From Bacteroidales bacterium (GTDB taxonomy: Bacteria > Bacteroidota > Bacteroidia > Bacteroidales > UBA1556), in contig JAOZKO010000001.1 in assembly GCA_029935325.1 (NCBI GenBank), positions 1-34,243 on the forward strand: DNA of 34,243 nucleotides, written 5' to 3'. The translations under genes and the position numbers were made by a program. Shown here in pieces: positions 8,130-17,528 of this stretch. The notes below the pieces were generated by a model. The model ran no database searches, was not told where the DNA came from, and saw only the letters and a program-made list of their open reading frames with translations. How positions within the stretch are numbered: the first letter of the stretch is position 1; each line of letters starts with the position of its first letter.

Positions 8130-9419
8130 ATGGATCCAACAGAAAAAGACTGGCTAGCGCGATATATTGACTTGCGTTCTGATATTTCGTTGGGTTTCCC
8201 TATTGGTGATGATTGGACTTGTCAAAAGCAGATATATAAATACCTACAGCCCACTGGAATTATTTATGGTCACCCTATTACACTTCCCAGTTCGGTCGAA
8301 GTTGCTACTGAGCCATGGCCTGTAAAAGAGCGCCTAGTAGTTATACTAACAGAAGGACTTTTGGCAACCTATTGTATTTATAATAATATAAATACGCCAG
8401 ATAGTGATACTTTAACCAAAGCTTCGGAAGCGATTAATCAGTTCTACCTTAAACTATATCCAAAGCATGCAAAAAAGGGTTTCTTTGAAGGAGCACCTAA
8501 AAGTAATCAACAGCAGTTAGAGCGGATTATTGCAAAAAGAATTACCGTTAAATCAGAGTGGAATGCTCAGTTTTGGAGAGGGTTTTTTCAAAATATTCTG
8601 CTGTTTGCTGACATAATCATTTTTCTTGATTATTTGAAATCGGAGCAAGACTTAAGTACTGAAACATTGCAGCAGCAGAGCAAAGAGATCCAACAGAATA
8701 TTATTTCTCTTTTATCAGTAATTGTTCATTTAGCTGATAATAGTGACAGCCAAAATATAAACTTCTTCCACTATTTTATTGAGTCCACAGATTTAAGTAA
8801 AATTGAAAAAGAAGAAGCTTTAAAGGCGAAAGTTTCTCCAGATATGGAAAAGCTTATAAGGTTTCTGAAAGATTCAGATTGGCTGCTTAAAAAGTATTTC
8901 CTTGAGTTGGGAGTTTTAAGCATTTGGGCAGATCATAGTGCCGAGGATTCGGAAAAATTGATATTAGAGGAACTCACCGATAAATTGAATCTTGATAGTC
9001 TGGAATTGGAAGCTAGCAGCTTTGCTGTGGAATCGTTTGTAATGTTAAATTGGCAACAGGTTCATTATTTGCAATCCAAACAAAGCTATTTGGTTCTTTC
9101 AAAGCGAATGGCACAGCGAATGACCAAGATTAGCAAAAAGTATGGCAATCAGATAAAAATTGAAATTGATGAAAATAAAGAGCTGGTAAAATTGCTAAAA
9201 ATATCCCAAGAGCGGCCATTAAGCCTAGATGAAAAGGAAAAAGTTAGATCTCAACTAATCGATATATTAAAAAGTATTCCTGCATTTGTGGTATTAGTGA
9301 TGCCAATGGCTTTTTTAACAGTACCTATCTTAATGAAAATATTACCAAAAAATTTATTCCCATCAAGTTTCGACCCAAATAGAATGATTAGTAAGCGGGG
9401 AAATCGGGTTTATGGATGA
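8130..9419 (+). CDS. LETM1-like membrane protein (hypothetical)
   Basis: 429-aa ORF. The C-terminal segment LSLDEKEKVRSQLIDILKSIPAFVVLVMPMAFLTVPILMKILPKNLFPSSF follows the LETM1-domain pattern (charged helix, then PF-type hydrophobic hairpin ending FPSxF). The remainder is helical with no recognisable motif. Confidence 0.4.
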   Translation: MDPTEKDWLARYIDLRSDISLGFPIGDDWTCQKQIYKYLQPTGIIYGHPITLPSSVEVATEPWPVKERLVVILTEGLLATYCIYNNINTPDSDTLTKASEAINQFYLKLYPKHAKKGFFEGAPKSNQQQLERIIAKRITVKSEWNAQFWRGFFQNILLFADIIIFLDYLKSEQDLSTETLQQQSKEIQQNIISLLSVIVHLADNSDSQNINFFHYFIESTDLSKIEKEEALKAKVSPDMEKLIRFLKDSDWLLKKYFLELGVLSIWADHSAEDSEKLILEELTDKLNLDSLELEASSFAVESFVMLNWQQVHYLQSKQSYLVLSKRMAQRMTKISKKYGNQIKIEIDENKELVKLLKISQERPLSLDEKEKVRSQLIDILKSIPAFVVLVMPMAFLTVPILMKILPKNLFPSSFDPNRMISKRGNRVYG

Positions 9420-9631
9420 GGAGTATAGCGCCAACCTACGAGCTCTCAATAACCCCAAAAAACTAAAGGAAAAACGAAAGAATATTCCAATCAAAGTATT
9501 ATCATGCTTGAGGGACCAATTTGATTAGACTAACTTTATTAACTATCTTCTGTTAAGACTTCGCCAATTTTATTTACCGTATTTTCTTAAAACTTACCTA
9601 CATTTACCAACATAAACCAACAAAATAGCTT

Positions 9632-10972
9632 ATGACTCGCAAGAAAAAGCAGAAAAAGATTTTTGTATTGGATACCTCGGTGATTTTATATAATCACAAT
9701 TCCTTAAATAGCTTTGAAGACAATGATGTAGCAATCCCAATTACTGTATTGGAAGAGCTTGACAACTTCAAAAAAGGTAATGAAACCAAAAATTTCGAAG
9801 CTCGAGAGTTTATTCGTATTCTCGATAAATTATCGGGAAATGGAGTGCTACAGGATTGGGTTTCTTTGGAAGGCAAAGGCAAAGGGCGGATGATAGTTGT
9901 GATGAACGAGTTCGTAAATGGCGATAATAATGCTATTAGAGTTTTTGGCGATGATAAACCTGATCACCGAATATTGAATGCAGCCCTGAAAATGCAAAAG
10001 GATTATCCGGATTGCAAAGTGACCATGGTTAGTAAGGATGTGAACCTTAGACTAAAAGCTAAGGCGCTAAATCTCAATGCCGAAGATTTTCAAACGGGAA
10101 AAATTCAAAATGTAGAAGAATTATATACTGGTAAGCTTTTGGTTGAGGATTTGCCTTCTGAGATAATTGTAAAGCTTTATGATGAAGGTTTTATTGATCC
10201 AAAGGAAATAGACATTAAGGATATTTTTCCTAATCAATATTTTATACTAAAGAATGGAAAATCATCAGCATTAGCATATTATAATCCAATAACAAGGTTA
10301 ATTGAAAGAGTTGAGAAGCATAATGCACAGCGTATCAGACCTCGAAATGCTGAGCAAGTATTTGCTTTGCATGCCATAATGAATCCTGATGTAAAATTAG
10401 TAACCTTGCAAGGAGTAGCAGGAACAGGAAAAACACTATTGGCATTGGCAGGAGCATTGGAGCAGAAAAGAGAATATAAACAGATATTTATGGCGCGCCC
10501 AATTGTGCCCCTTAGCAATAAAGATATTGGCTATTTGCCAGGCGATATTAAGACGAAACTTAATCCATATATGGAGCCTCTTTTTGATAATCTGAAATTT
10601 ATCAAAAATCAATATAATGAGAATGATAAGGAGCATAAGAATTTTGATATTATGCTTGAAAAGGAAAAATTGCTAATCTCACCACTTGCTTATATTCGTG
10701 GTAGGAGTTTGTCAAATATTATTTTTATTGTTGATGAAGCACAAAACCTAACTCCTCACGAGGTAAAGACTATAATTACACGAGCTGGAGAAAACACAAA
10801 AATTATTTTCACAGGAGATGTTTATCAAATTGACACTCCATATCTAGATTCTCAATCAAATGGCTTGTCATATCTTATTGATAAGATAAAGCATCATCCG
10901 ATTTATGCACATATAAAACTCGAAAAGGGAGAGCGATCTGAATTGGCGAATTTAGCTAATGATTTACTTTAG
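9632..10972 (+). CDS. PhoH-family ATPase with N-terminal PIN domain (PhoH2/YlaK-type)
   Basis: N-terminal PIN-like segment (FVLDTSVILYN...PITVLEELD). The C-terminal PhoH domain has Walker A GVAGTGKT and Walker B IFIVDEAQN, and ends TGDVYQID. Confidence 0.85.
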   Translation: MTRKKKQKKIFVLDTSVILYNHNSLNSFEDNDVAIPITVLEELDNFKKGNETKNFEAREFIRILDKLSGNGVLQDWVSLEGKGKGRMIVVMNEFVNGDNNAIRVFGDDKPDHRILNAALKMQKDYPDCKVTMVSKDVNLRLKAKALNLNAEDFQTGKIQNVEELYTGKLLVEDLPSEIIVKLYDEGFIDPKEIDIKDIFPNQYFILKNGKSSALAYYNPITRLIERVEKHNAQRIRPRNAEQVFALHAIMNPDVKLVTLQGVAGTGKTLLALAGALEQKREYKQIFMARPIVPLSNKDIGYLPGDIKTKLNPYMEPLFDNLKFIKNQYNENDKEHKNFDIMLEKEKLLISPLAYIRGRSLSNIIFIVDEAQNLTPHEVKTIITRAGENTKIIFTGDVYQIDTPYLDSQSNGLSYLIDKIKHHPIYAHIKLEKGERSELANLANDLL

Positions 10973-11048
10973 GGGCCTTCTATTAATTCCTTTCTTTCAG
11001 GTAATTATTAGGAGTTCTCTATAGATATTCTAGATTGTTTTAGTGACT

Positions 11049-11180
11049 TACCTTGGATTTTGACCCTAAATACCATTATTATACCTTGGATTCTGACCAA
11101 TTATTGTTAATATTTACCTTGGATTCTGACCAATATTATCGTATATTTGCATTGGAATTTGACCAAAAGGTAAATATATT
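11049..11180 (+). repeat. Four tandem 33-bp units (19-bp conserved core TACCTTGGATTCTGACCAA plus 14-bp AT-rich variable part) ending exactly at the ATG of the ATPase gene
   Basis: Units start at 11049, 11082, 11115 and 11148, an exact 33-bp period. The cores read taccttggattttgaccc, taccttggattctgaccaa, taccttggattctgaccaa and tgcattggaatttgaccaa. Each core has TTGG-N7-CCAA end symmetry (partial in unit 1). Confidence 0.9.
11142..11149 (+). promoter_or_regulatory. Candidate -7 promoter box (TATATTTG) for the AAA ATPase gene
   Basis: Perfect TAnnTTTG created at the junction of repeat units 3 and 4, with 31 bp between the box and ATG 11181. Confidence 0.4.
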
Positions 11181-12500
11181 ATGAAAAGAGACATCTATAA
11201 AGAACTGATAGACTGGCGAAGAGCTGATTCAATAAAGCCATTATTAATACGAGGGGCAAGACAGGTAGGGAAAACATTTATTATTCAGAAGTTTGGTGAA
11301 AGCGATTTTTCCAATTGTATTACTATTAATTTTGAGCGAAATCCAGAGTATAAAGACGTATTTACAACTTTTGATCCAGTTGAAATAGTAGAAAGAATAA
11401 TACTATTAACGGCAAAAAAAATTGTTAAAGGTAAAACCTTGCTGTTTTTCGATGAAATACAAGAATGCCCAAAAGCAATAACATCTCTTAGGTATTTCTA
11501 TGAGGAAATGCCCGATTTGCACGTTATAGGAGCAGGGTCACTTTTAGAATTTGCATTAAGGTCAGGCGATATAAAGGTTCCTGTTGGTAGAATTCAATAC
11601 ATATATATGCACCCTTTAAGTTTTAATGAATTTTTAGATGCATTAGGAGAATCAGCCCTAAAGAATCATATTTCATTAAGTCAGAATATAGCTGATATAA
11701 CAGATTCATTACATAATAAGCTTATTGATTTAGTACGTAAATATTATTTGATTGGAGGTATGCCAGCAGTTGTAAAAGAGTATATTAGCACTAGAGATAT
11801 TATTAAATGTCAAAGGATACAAAGATCAATAATAGATACATATACAGATGATTTTGGAAAATACTCTAAAGATTCGAATATCAAATATCTTCAAATGGTA
11901 TTTTACGCTGCAGCATCAATGGTTGGTAAAAAGTTTGTTTATTCACATGTCGATAATAGTATTAAATCTAGATATTTGAAGGAAGCTGTTGAGTTACTTG
12001 AAACAGCAGGTGTTTTAACCCGAATAAGGCGAACAAATGGAGACGGACTTCCTTTAGAGGCAAACGTGAAAGACAATTTTTTTAAATTATTATTCCTTGA
12101 TGTGGGCTTACTGCATAGTGTCAATGGAATTTATAATGAAACAATAAGAACCGAAAATCTTGCCTCTATTTTTAATGGAGCTGTTGCTGAACAATTTGTA
12201 GGACAAGAATTATTAGCTAATCAAGATTTTTATAAAAAACCTACTCTTTTCTATTGGGCTCGCGAAGCAAAAAATAGTAATGCTGAGATAGATTATTTAA
12301 CTAGCTATAAGAGTGATATTATACCCATAGAAGTAAAATCAGGAAAGTCAGAAAAGATGATTAGCTTAAAAATGTTTATTAATAAATACAAATCAAAGAT
12401 TGCACTGCAGGTGTCACAGTCTAAATCTAGTAATAAAGCAATAGTAGTTTCAATACCATTTTATGGAATAGCGAATTTCACAAAGTTAATAGATAACTAA
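11181..12500 (+). CDS. AAA-family ATPase with DUF4143-type C-terminal domain (ATP-binding protein)
   Basis: 439 aa. It has Walker A GARQVGKT and Walker B LLFFDEIQ, with the overall layout of the AAA_14 plus DUF4143 family common in Bacteroidota. Confidence 0.75.
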   Translation: MKRDIYKELIDWRRADSIKPLLIRGARQVGKTFIIQKFGESDFSNCITINFERNPEYKDVFTTFDPVEIVERIILLTAKKIVKGKTLLFFDEIQECPKAITSLRYFYEEMPDLHVIGAGSLLEFALRSGDIKVPVGRIQYIYMHPLSFNEFLDALGESALKNHISLSQNIADITDSLHNKLIDLVRKYYLIGGMPAVVKEYISTRDIIKCQRIQRSIIDTYTDDFGKYSKDSNIKYLQMVFYAAASMVGKKFVYSHVDNSIKSRYLKEAVELLETAGVLTRIRRTNGDGLPLEANVKDNFFKLLFLDVGLLHSVNGIYNETIRTENLASIFNGAVAEQFVGQELLANQDFYKKPTLFYWAREAKNSNAEIDYLTSYKSDIIPIEVKSGKSEKMISLKMFINKYKSKIALQVSQSKSSNKAIVVSIPFYGIANFTKLIDN

Positions 12501-12534
12501 AAAAACTAATGACCACGATTTTAGCAATGATGGA

Positions 12535-13242
12535 TTAAGAATCAAGCAAGTCCTGTATCTTTTGGCGAGTTAGTTTTTGTAATTCAATTTCTGATAATTC
12601 TGCAACTACTGATGCATCTATTGGTTCGCCAAAAATCATCCTTACTTTGCCGGGCCTAATATGTTTGGAAGTAATATTATTAATTTTCCATAAGCCTTGG
12701 AAGGCAATAGGGATAATACCAACTTCTGACTTTTTGGCCATCATAAAAGGTAGTTTCTTAAAAGAACCCATTTCAGGTGGTGTCTTAGTTCGTGTTCCCT
12801 CAGGGAGTATTAATATATTTTTTCCTTGCTTTACTTCCTCTACTGCTTCTAACATTGTTTTGAAAGATGCCCTAGGACTAGAGCGGTCTATTGGCAAATT
12901 ACCGTATTTTTTAAGCACCCAGCCATATAGTGGAACTTTAAAGTGACTAGCTGCTTGTATGCCCCAAAAATCTACAGGAATAAAGCCGAGTAACATTGGA
13001 ATATCAAACATACTCACATGGTTTGGCATAAACACATAGTTTTTTGTTCGGTCAATATTATCTGTTCCTTCCAACGAAACTCGAATAAATAATAGCTTAA
13101 AAAACGTTTGAAGAAAAGTTCTTACCCATTTAATAAATGTTTTATAAGGCCATATTGATGCTACAATTAGGAACCATATTAAAAAAATAACAAATACTAA
13201 GAATGCAACTGCCCATTCCCATGCTGTAACTATATATTTCAT
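12535..13242 (-). CDS. plsC: 1-acyl-sn-glycerol-3-phosphate acyltransferase (PlsC family)
   Basis: N-terminal TM helix, acyltransferase motif NHVSMFDIP (HX4D), and ILPEGTRT motif. Confidence 0.8.
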   Translation of the reverse strand: MKYIVTAWEWAVAFLVFVIFLIWFLIVASIWPYKTFIKWVRTFLQTFFKLLFIRVSLEGTDNIDRTKNYVFMPNHVSMFDIPMLLGFIPVDFWGIQAASHFKVPLYGWVLKKYGNLPIDRSSPRASFKTMLEAVEEVKQGKNILILPEGTRTKTPPEMGSFKKLPFMMAKKSEVGIIPIAFQGLWKINNITSKHIRPGKVRMIFGEPIDASVVAELSEIELQKLTRQKIQDLLDS

Positions 13243-13284
13243 AAATTAATGATTAATATTTAATTATAATCCAATTGCAAAAGT

Positions 13285-13319
13285 AAAAAAAAAAGCCGTA
13301 GTAAAAATCCACGGCTTTT
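13285..13319 (-). terminator. Rho-independent terminator downstream of the aminopeptidase P gene
   Basis: The minus strand reads AAAAGCCGT-ggatttttact-ACGGCTTTT followed by a T run (10 consecutive T in total). It lies 27 bp after the stop at 13346. Confidence 0.55.
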
Positions 13320-13345
13320 AGTCCTTTTTAATAATTCTCTTATTT

Positions 13346-14737
13346 CTACTTTCCGATAACCGCAGCTAACTCCTCAGCAGTAATTGGAATTCTTTTATCT
13401 CCCATAATTCTACCACCAGTTTCTGTTATCAATAGGTCATCTTCGAGGCGAATGCCACCAAAATCACGATACTCATTTACCTTATCAAAATTAATGAAAT
13501 CAGTGTTGATACCTTCAGCTTTCCACTTATCCATTAGTGCTGGGATAAAGTATATACCAGGTTCGTTGGTAATAACAAAGCCAGGTTTAAGCTCGCGAGC
13601 TAAACGAAGGTATGCCGTTCCGAACTGAGAGCTACGCTTTAATTCATCGCCATAACCCACATAATCTTCACCAAAATCTTCCATATCATGTACATCAAGT
13701 CCCATCATATGACCTAGGCCGTGAGGCATAAATAGTGCATGAGCACCTGCAGCAACGGCTTCATCAATATTACCTTTCATCAAGCCTAACGACTTCATGC
13801 CTTCAGCAATGGTTCTTGCAGCTAGCATATGCATCTCACGATACATAACCCCAGGTTTTACCTTGGCATTTACAGCATTATTTGCTGCCAATACAATTTC
13901 GTAAATTTCTTTCTGCTTTTGAGTAAATGTTCCTCCCACAGGCGATACACGAGTATTATCAGTAGCATATCGCATTGGTGATTCAAAACCACAATCTACT
14001 AAAAGCAAATCATTGGTTTTTAATATATTATTATGATTGTGATTGTGAAGAGTTTCGCCACGCTTCGAAAGAATAACAGGGAAAGAAACATGACCACCAT
14101 TGCGCAATGCAACTCCTTCTACTGCTCCGGCAATATCGCGCTCATGAGCACCGTCAATTGCCATTCGCATAGCGGTTGTATGCATTTCAGTTCCTATAGC
14201 CATTATCTCATCAAGATGTGCAATTTCGTATTTGTCCTTTATACTTCGTAGAGCAACAATTGCGTTTATTAGCTCAACAGAAGCAGCAGCTTTAGTTTCC
14301 TTAGCTTTAATGCCTGTAAGTTCTTCTAATAGAATCATATTTGCTGAGCGATAAGGAGGAGTGAAATGGACCTTACGACCTTGCGAAATTGCATTTTTAA
14401 TATAATCGAAAATAGAATTGAAACTTTGAGTATGCTCAATGCCAACTTCAGATGCCTGATCCTTAACTGATGGCTGAGGTCCCATCCAAATAATATCATC
14501 AATTTCCACATCATTACCAAAGATAATATCTTTGCCAGAATCTAAATCCAAAACAGCGGCATAGCCAGGATGATCAATGCCAAAGAAATACAAAAAGGTA
14601 GAATCTTGGCGATAGTGGTAAGTGTTTTGAGGGTAATTCATAGGAGCTTCATTATTTCCTAAAATAAGAACAATGCCCTCCTTCATTGAAGAATGCAAAC
14701 GTTTTCTTCGATCTATATAAACTTCTTTTTTAAACAT
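13346..14737 (-). CDS. Xaa-Pro aminopeptidase (aminopeptidase P, M24B family)
   Basis: 463 aa. An N-terminal AMP_N-like domain is followed by an M24 catalytic domain with LLVDCG, HGLGHMMGLDVHD, NEPGIY and RLEDD metal-ligand segments. Confidence 0.85.
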   Translation of the reverse strand: MFKKEVYIDRRKRLHSSMKEGIVLILGNNEAPMNYPQNTYHYRQDSTFLYFFGIDHPGYAAVLDLDSGKDIIFGNDVEIDDIIWMGPQPSVKDQASEVGIEHTQSFNSIFDYIKNAISQGRKVHFTPPYRSANMILLEELTGIKAKETKAAASVELINAIVALRSIKDKYEIAHLDEIMAIGTEMHTTAMRMAIDGAHERDIAGAVEGVALRNGGHVSFPVILSKRGETLHNHNHNNILKTNDLLLVDCGFESPMRYATDNTRVSPVGGTFTQKQKEIYEIVLAANNAVNAKVKPGVMYREMHMLAARTIAEGMKSLGLMKGNIDEAVAAGAHALFMPHGLGHMMGLDVHDMEDFGEDYVGYGDELKRSSQFGTAYLRLARELKPGFVITNEPGIYFIPALMDKWKAEGINTDFINFDKVNEYRDFGGIRLEDDLLITETGGRIMGDKRIPITAEELAAVIGK

Positions 14738-14762
14738 ATTTACAAATTATTGGTTAAGGCTA

Positions 14763-14770
14763 CAAATTTA
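14763..14770 (-). promoter_or_regulatory. Candidate -7 promoter box (TAAATTTG) for the aminopeptidase gene
   Basis: Plus strand caaattta is TAAATTTG on the minus strand, 26 bp upstream of ATG 14737. Confidence 0.35.
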
Positions 14771-14814
14771 GGAATAATTAGGCAGACCGCTTTATTAATA
14801 TTTGGTAAAATTTT

Positions 14815-15939
14815 TCAATTCTTCCTCCCCTTCCAGCCAACACCTATTAACAAGCCAAAGACTCCCACAAAAACAATAAAGAAAGGATAGATAATCTCTA
14901 GAAGCAAAAGGTTTTTTAGAATACCTTTTTTATCAAAAAACCTTGCTGCGGATAATAGTATTGGTAGATCTATTATTGTTTTCAAAATAAAGAGTGCAAT
15001 AGGTAAATACCAAAACTCACCAATAAAACTTATAAGAATAAGTGATGCCAATATCAAAATATTAAAGCCTAGGATAATGATAGCTGTAAGGCTAGTATAA
15101 TTAATTTTATAATGCTTTGCTTTGGATGTCCAGCGGAATCGTTGTTGTAACCAATCATTTAGACTTTTTGGAGCAGGAGTTTCTACAATTGCATCTTGGT
15201 CTTTTAAAAAGTAAATTTCATCCTCGCCATAATTATTCACCACATAATGCATTAAAAAAATATCATCACCAGAAGCGATATCACTTTCATATATTTCGCC
15301 AAGTGCTTCTATTGCCATTCTTCTATCAAAAAGCAGATTTGCAGCATTAAGCATTATAGGTTTTCTAATTCCCATAGCTCCGGCACCACTTGCTACCAAA
15401 CTCATAAACTCAATATCCATAAACTGACCCCAGAGTGTGCGTTTTGATATAAAACTAATTGGACCAGCAATCATCTTTGCCTTTCGCTGATGCAATGCTT
15501 GATTGTATGATAATAGTAATTTGTTTGGAACTCGACAGTCGGCATCTAAAGTAAGAATAAACTCATTAGTTGCAATGGAAAGAGCTTCTTTTATGGCATG
15601 TTTCTTTCCTCCTTGGCTTGATAAAAGCTTCCAATTACAATTATTAGTTATAATGAAGTTAGAAATTATTTGATAAGAGGAGTCTGTGGATTCATCATCT
15701 ACCAATAGAATTTCAAAATTTGAAGAAGGATATTCTAATGCGCTTAGGTCGTTTAATAAATTAGGTAGATTTTCAGCTTCATTTCTTAAAGCTATTATTA
15801 TTGAAAAGCTATTGCTTAATATTTTGGTTTCGCTTACTTTTTGTTCCTTGGTTTTGTTCCATCCGTAGGTAAATGACAGAATTGTCAATGCGTAAAGCAA
15901 TGAAAAAACTATTAGCAATATTAAAAAGCTAAGCCACAT
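14815..15939 (-). CDS. Membrane-bound family 2 glycosyltransferase
   Basis: 374 aa. An N-terminal TM helix is followed by a GT2 core (FSIIIALRNEAENL, LLVDDESTDSS, TLDADC, QRFRW-type motif QQRFRWTSK) and C-terminal TM helices. Confidence 0.7.
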   Translation of the reverse strand: MWLSFLILLIVFSLLYALTILSFTYGWNKTKEQKVSETKILSNSFSIIIALRNEAENLPNLLNDLSALEYPSSNFEILLVDDESTDSSYQIISNFIITNNCNWKLLSSQGGKKHAIKEALSIATNEFILTLDADCRVPNKLLLSYNQALHQRKAKMIAGPISFISKRTLWGQFMDIEFMSLVASGAGAMGIRKPIMLNAANLLFDRRMAIEALGEIYESDIASGDDIFLMHYVVNNYGEDEIYFLKDQDAIVETPAPKSLNDWLQQRFRWTSKAKHYKINYTSLTAIIILGFNILILASLILISFIGEFWYLPIALFILKTIIDLPILLSAARFFDKKGILKNLLLLEIIYPFFIVFVGVFGLLIGVGWKGRKN

Positions 15940-16942
15940 TATTGGATTCTTTAGATTTGAAAAACCTTAAATCTTTGATAAATAACAGACCGAGCATTGC
16001 GGGTAAGATAATGTTAATCAGCCAGATTATGGTAGAGGCTGTAAATATTGCATTATCGGATTGAGTATCGAATCCATAGTAAAGCCCAAAGACAAAAATA
16101 GCAACTGAACCACGAATACCAATTTCTAGCAGAGCAATGCTTGGGCGAATTGTATTTAAAAGAAAAATAGCAGAAACTATGCTCATACCTGTGAATAGTG
16201 ATAAATCAGTAAATCCAACTGCCACTAAAATAATATAGTATTGCAAGCTAAAGACTCCATACCTTAGGATGCTTATTAAAAGCGTTATAGATAATTGTTT
16301 GAATGAATATTTTCTAAAAATGTCAACATATTTATGTGTTTTCTTCCATTTTGATGGGAAGATACCCGAGAGTAATGAAATGCGGAAATATAATACTACC
16401 ACAATGGCTAGGGATATAAAGAATAGATTTTGGAATATCGCCAATTGATTTTGAGAAATATACTCATAAGTAACCATATTTGGAGCAAAAAGGCTGAAGA
16501 AAGCTATTCCACCAAATAGTAAAGTTGTAATGGTTTGAGCATAGCTACCTATTAAAGTAATAAATACTCCTTCCCAAAATGTGGTTTTCTTAAGAACGAA
16601 CACACGACCAAAATAATCACCCGTTCGATTGGGGCTGACAGCACTAATTGTTGCGCCACTCAAAACAGCTTTGATGGCGGTACTAAAGCTTATGATTTCT
16701 TTGGTTTTAATTATATATTTCCACTTTATAGCTTCCAACGACCAGTTTATAGGCATTAGTGCAAGGCAAATTAGGATTAAATACAATAAACCATCGGTAT
16801 TAAAAATGCTTTTTATGTCTGAAATCATTAGGCTAAAATCCTGTTTAATAAAAAGTTGATGCGACAAGAAAGCCAAAGAAGTAATTATTATAATACTTCT
16901 AATGATTATATTGTAGGTTTTGTATAACTTTGTTCTCTTCAT
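15929..16942 (-). CDS. UPF0104 / lysylphosphatidylglycerol-synthase-TM-region-like (flippase-like) integral membrane protein
   Basis: 337 aa, polytopic throughout (about 8 hydrophobic helices). Its stop overlaps the start of the downstream GT2 gene by 11 bp. The family assignment is by architecture and the GT2 pairing only. Confidence 0.5.
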   Translation of the reverse strand: MKRTKLYKTYNIIIRSIIIITSLAFLSHQLFIKQDFSLMISDIKSIFNTDGLLYLILICLALMPINWSLEAIKWKYIIKTKEIISFSTAIKAVLSGATISAVSPNRTGDYFGRVFVLKKTTFWEGVFITLIGSYAQTITTLLFGGIAFFSLFAPNMVTYEYISQNQLAIFQNLFFISLAIVVVLYFRISLLSGIFPSKWKKTHKYVDIFRKYSFKQLSITLLISILRYGVFSLQYYIILVAVGFTDLSLFTGMSIVSAIFLLNTIRPSIALLEIGIRGSVAIFVFGLYYGFDTQSDNAIFTASTIIWLINIILPAMLGLLFIKDLRFFKSKESNNVA

Positions 16943-17517
16943 ACAGCAAAGCCGAAATTTTGAGTAAAGATAGAATTATATTAGGAATTGACCCAGGAAC
17001 CACTGTAATGGGTTATGGATTAATTCAGCAAAAAGGCAATCAAATTGAATTGCTTAGCCTTGGCGTGGTAAAATTAAACAAACTTAGCAACCATGCGCTA
17101 AAATTGCAAAAGATTTTTAAAAGAACATTATCTTTAATTGATGAGTACCATCCTGATGAGATGGCCATTGAAGCGCAGTTTTTTGGAAAGAATGTGCAGT
17201 CGATGCTTAAACTCGGTAGAGCTCAGGGTGTTGCAATTGCTGCAGCACTTTCCAGAGACATTGCATATACCGAGTATGAACCCAAAAAGATTAAAAAAGC
17301 AGTAACAGGAAATGGCAATGCATCCAAGGAGCAAGTGGCTGCAATGTTGAAAAGTATTATCGGTTTAAAGAAAGTTCCAGACTTATTGGACGCTACAGAT
17401 GCCTTGGCAACGGCTGTTTGTCATTATTATCAACGCAAACCTGGTTTGGAACAGAAATCATATGGTAGCTGGAAGGCTTTTTTGGGAGATAACCCTGATA
17501 GATTAAAAAAGAAATAA
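16930..17517 (+). CDS. ruvC: Crossover junction endodeoxyribonuclease RuvC
   Basis: [14 protein letters not shown] (catalytic Asp segment), [12 protein letters not shown] and [12 protein letters not shown] are typical of RuvC. The track start is TTG 16930. An in-frame TTG at 16960 ([13 protein letters not shown]) is an equally plausible start. Confidence 0.9.
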   Translation: MFSSYSKAEILSKDRIILGIDPGTTVMGYGLIQQKGNQIELLSLGVVKLNKLSNHALKLQKIFKRTLSLIDEYHPDEMAIEAQFFGKNVQSMLKLGRAQGVAIAAALSRDIAYTEYEPKKIKKAVTGNGNASKEQVAAMLKSIIGLKKVPDLLDATDALATAVCHYYQRKPGLEQKSYGSWKAFLGDNPDRLKKK

Positions 17518-17528
17518 ATTTTAAGATA

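Noticed and set aside
11049-11180. CRISPR array interpretation of the 33-bp repeats
   Set aside because: There are only four units. The spacers are 14 bp, AT-rich and partly similar to each other. The repeats degenerate at both ends, and there are no cas genes in the window. It is a tandem repeat/operator-like array, not CRISPR.
10973-12534. AAA ATPase gene as a mobile element or genomic islet
   Set aside because: I found no integrase or transposase, no flanking inverted or direct repeats matching the upstream 19-mer, and no tRNA target.
12647-12946. ORF 12647..12946(+) 99 aa
   Set aside because: It is antisense to the well-supported PlsC gene and has no motifs.
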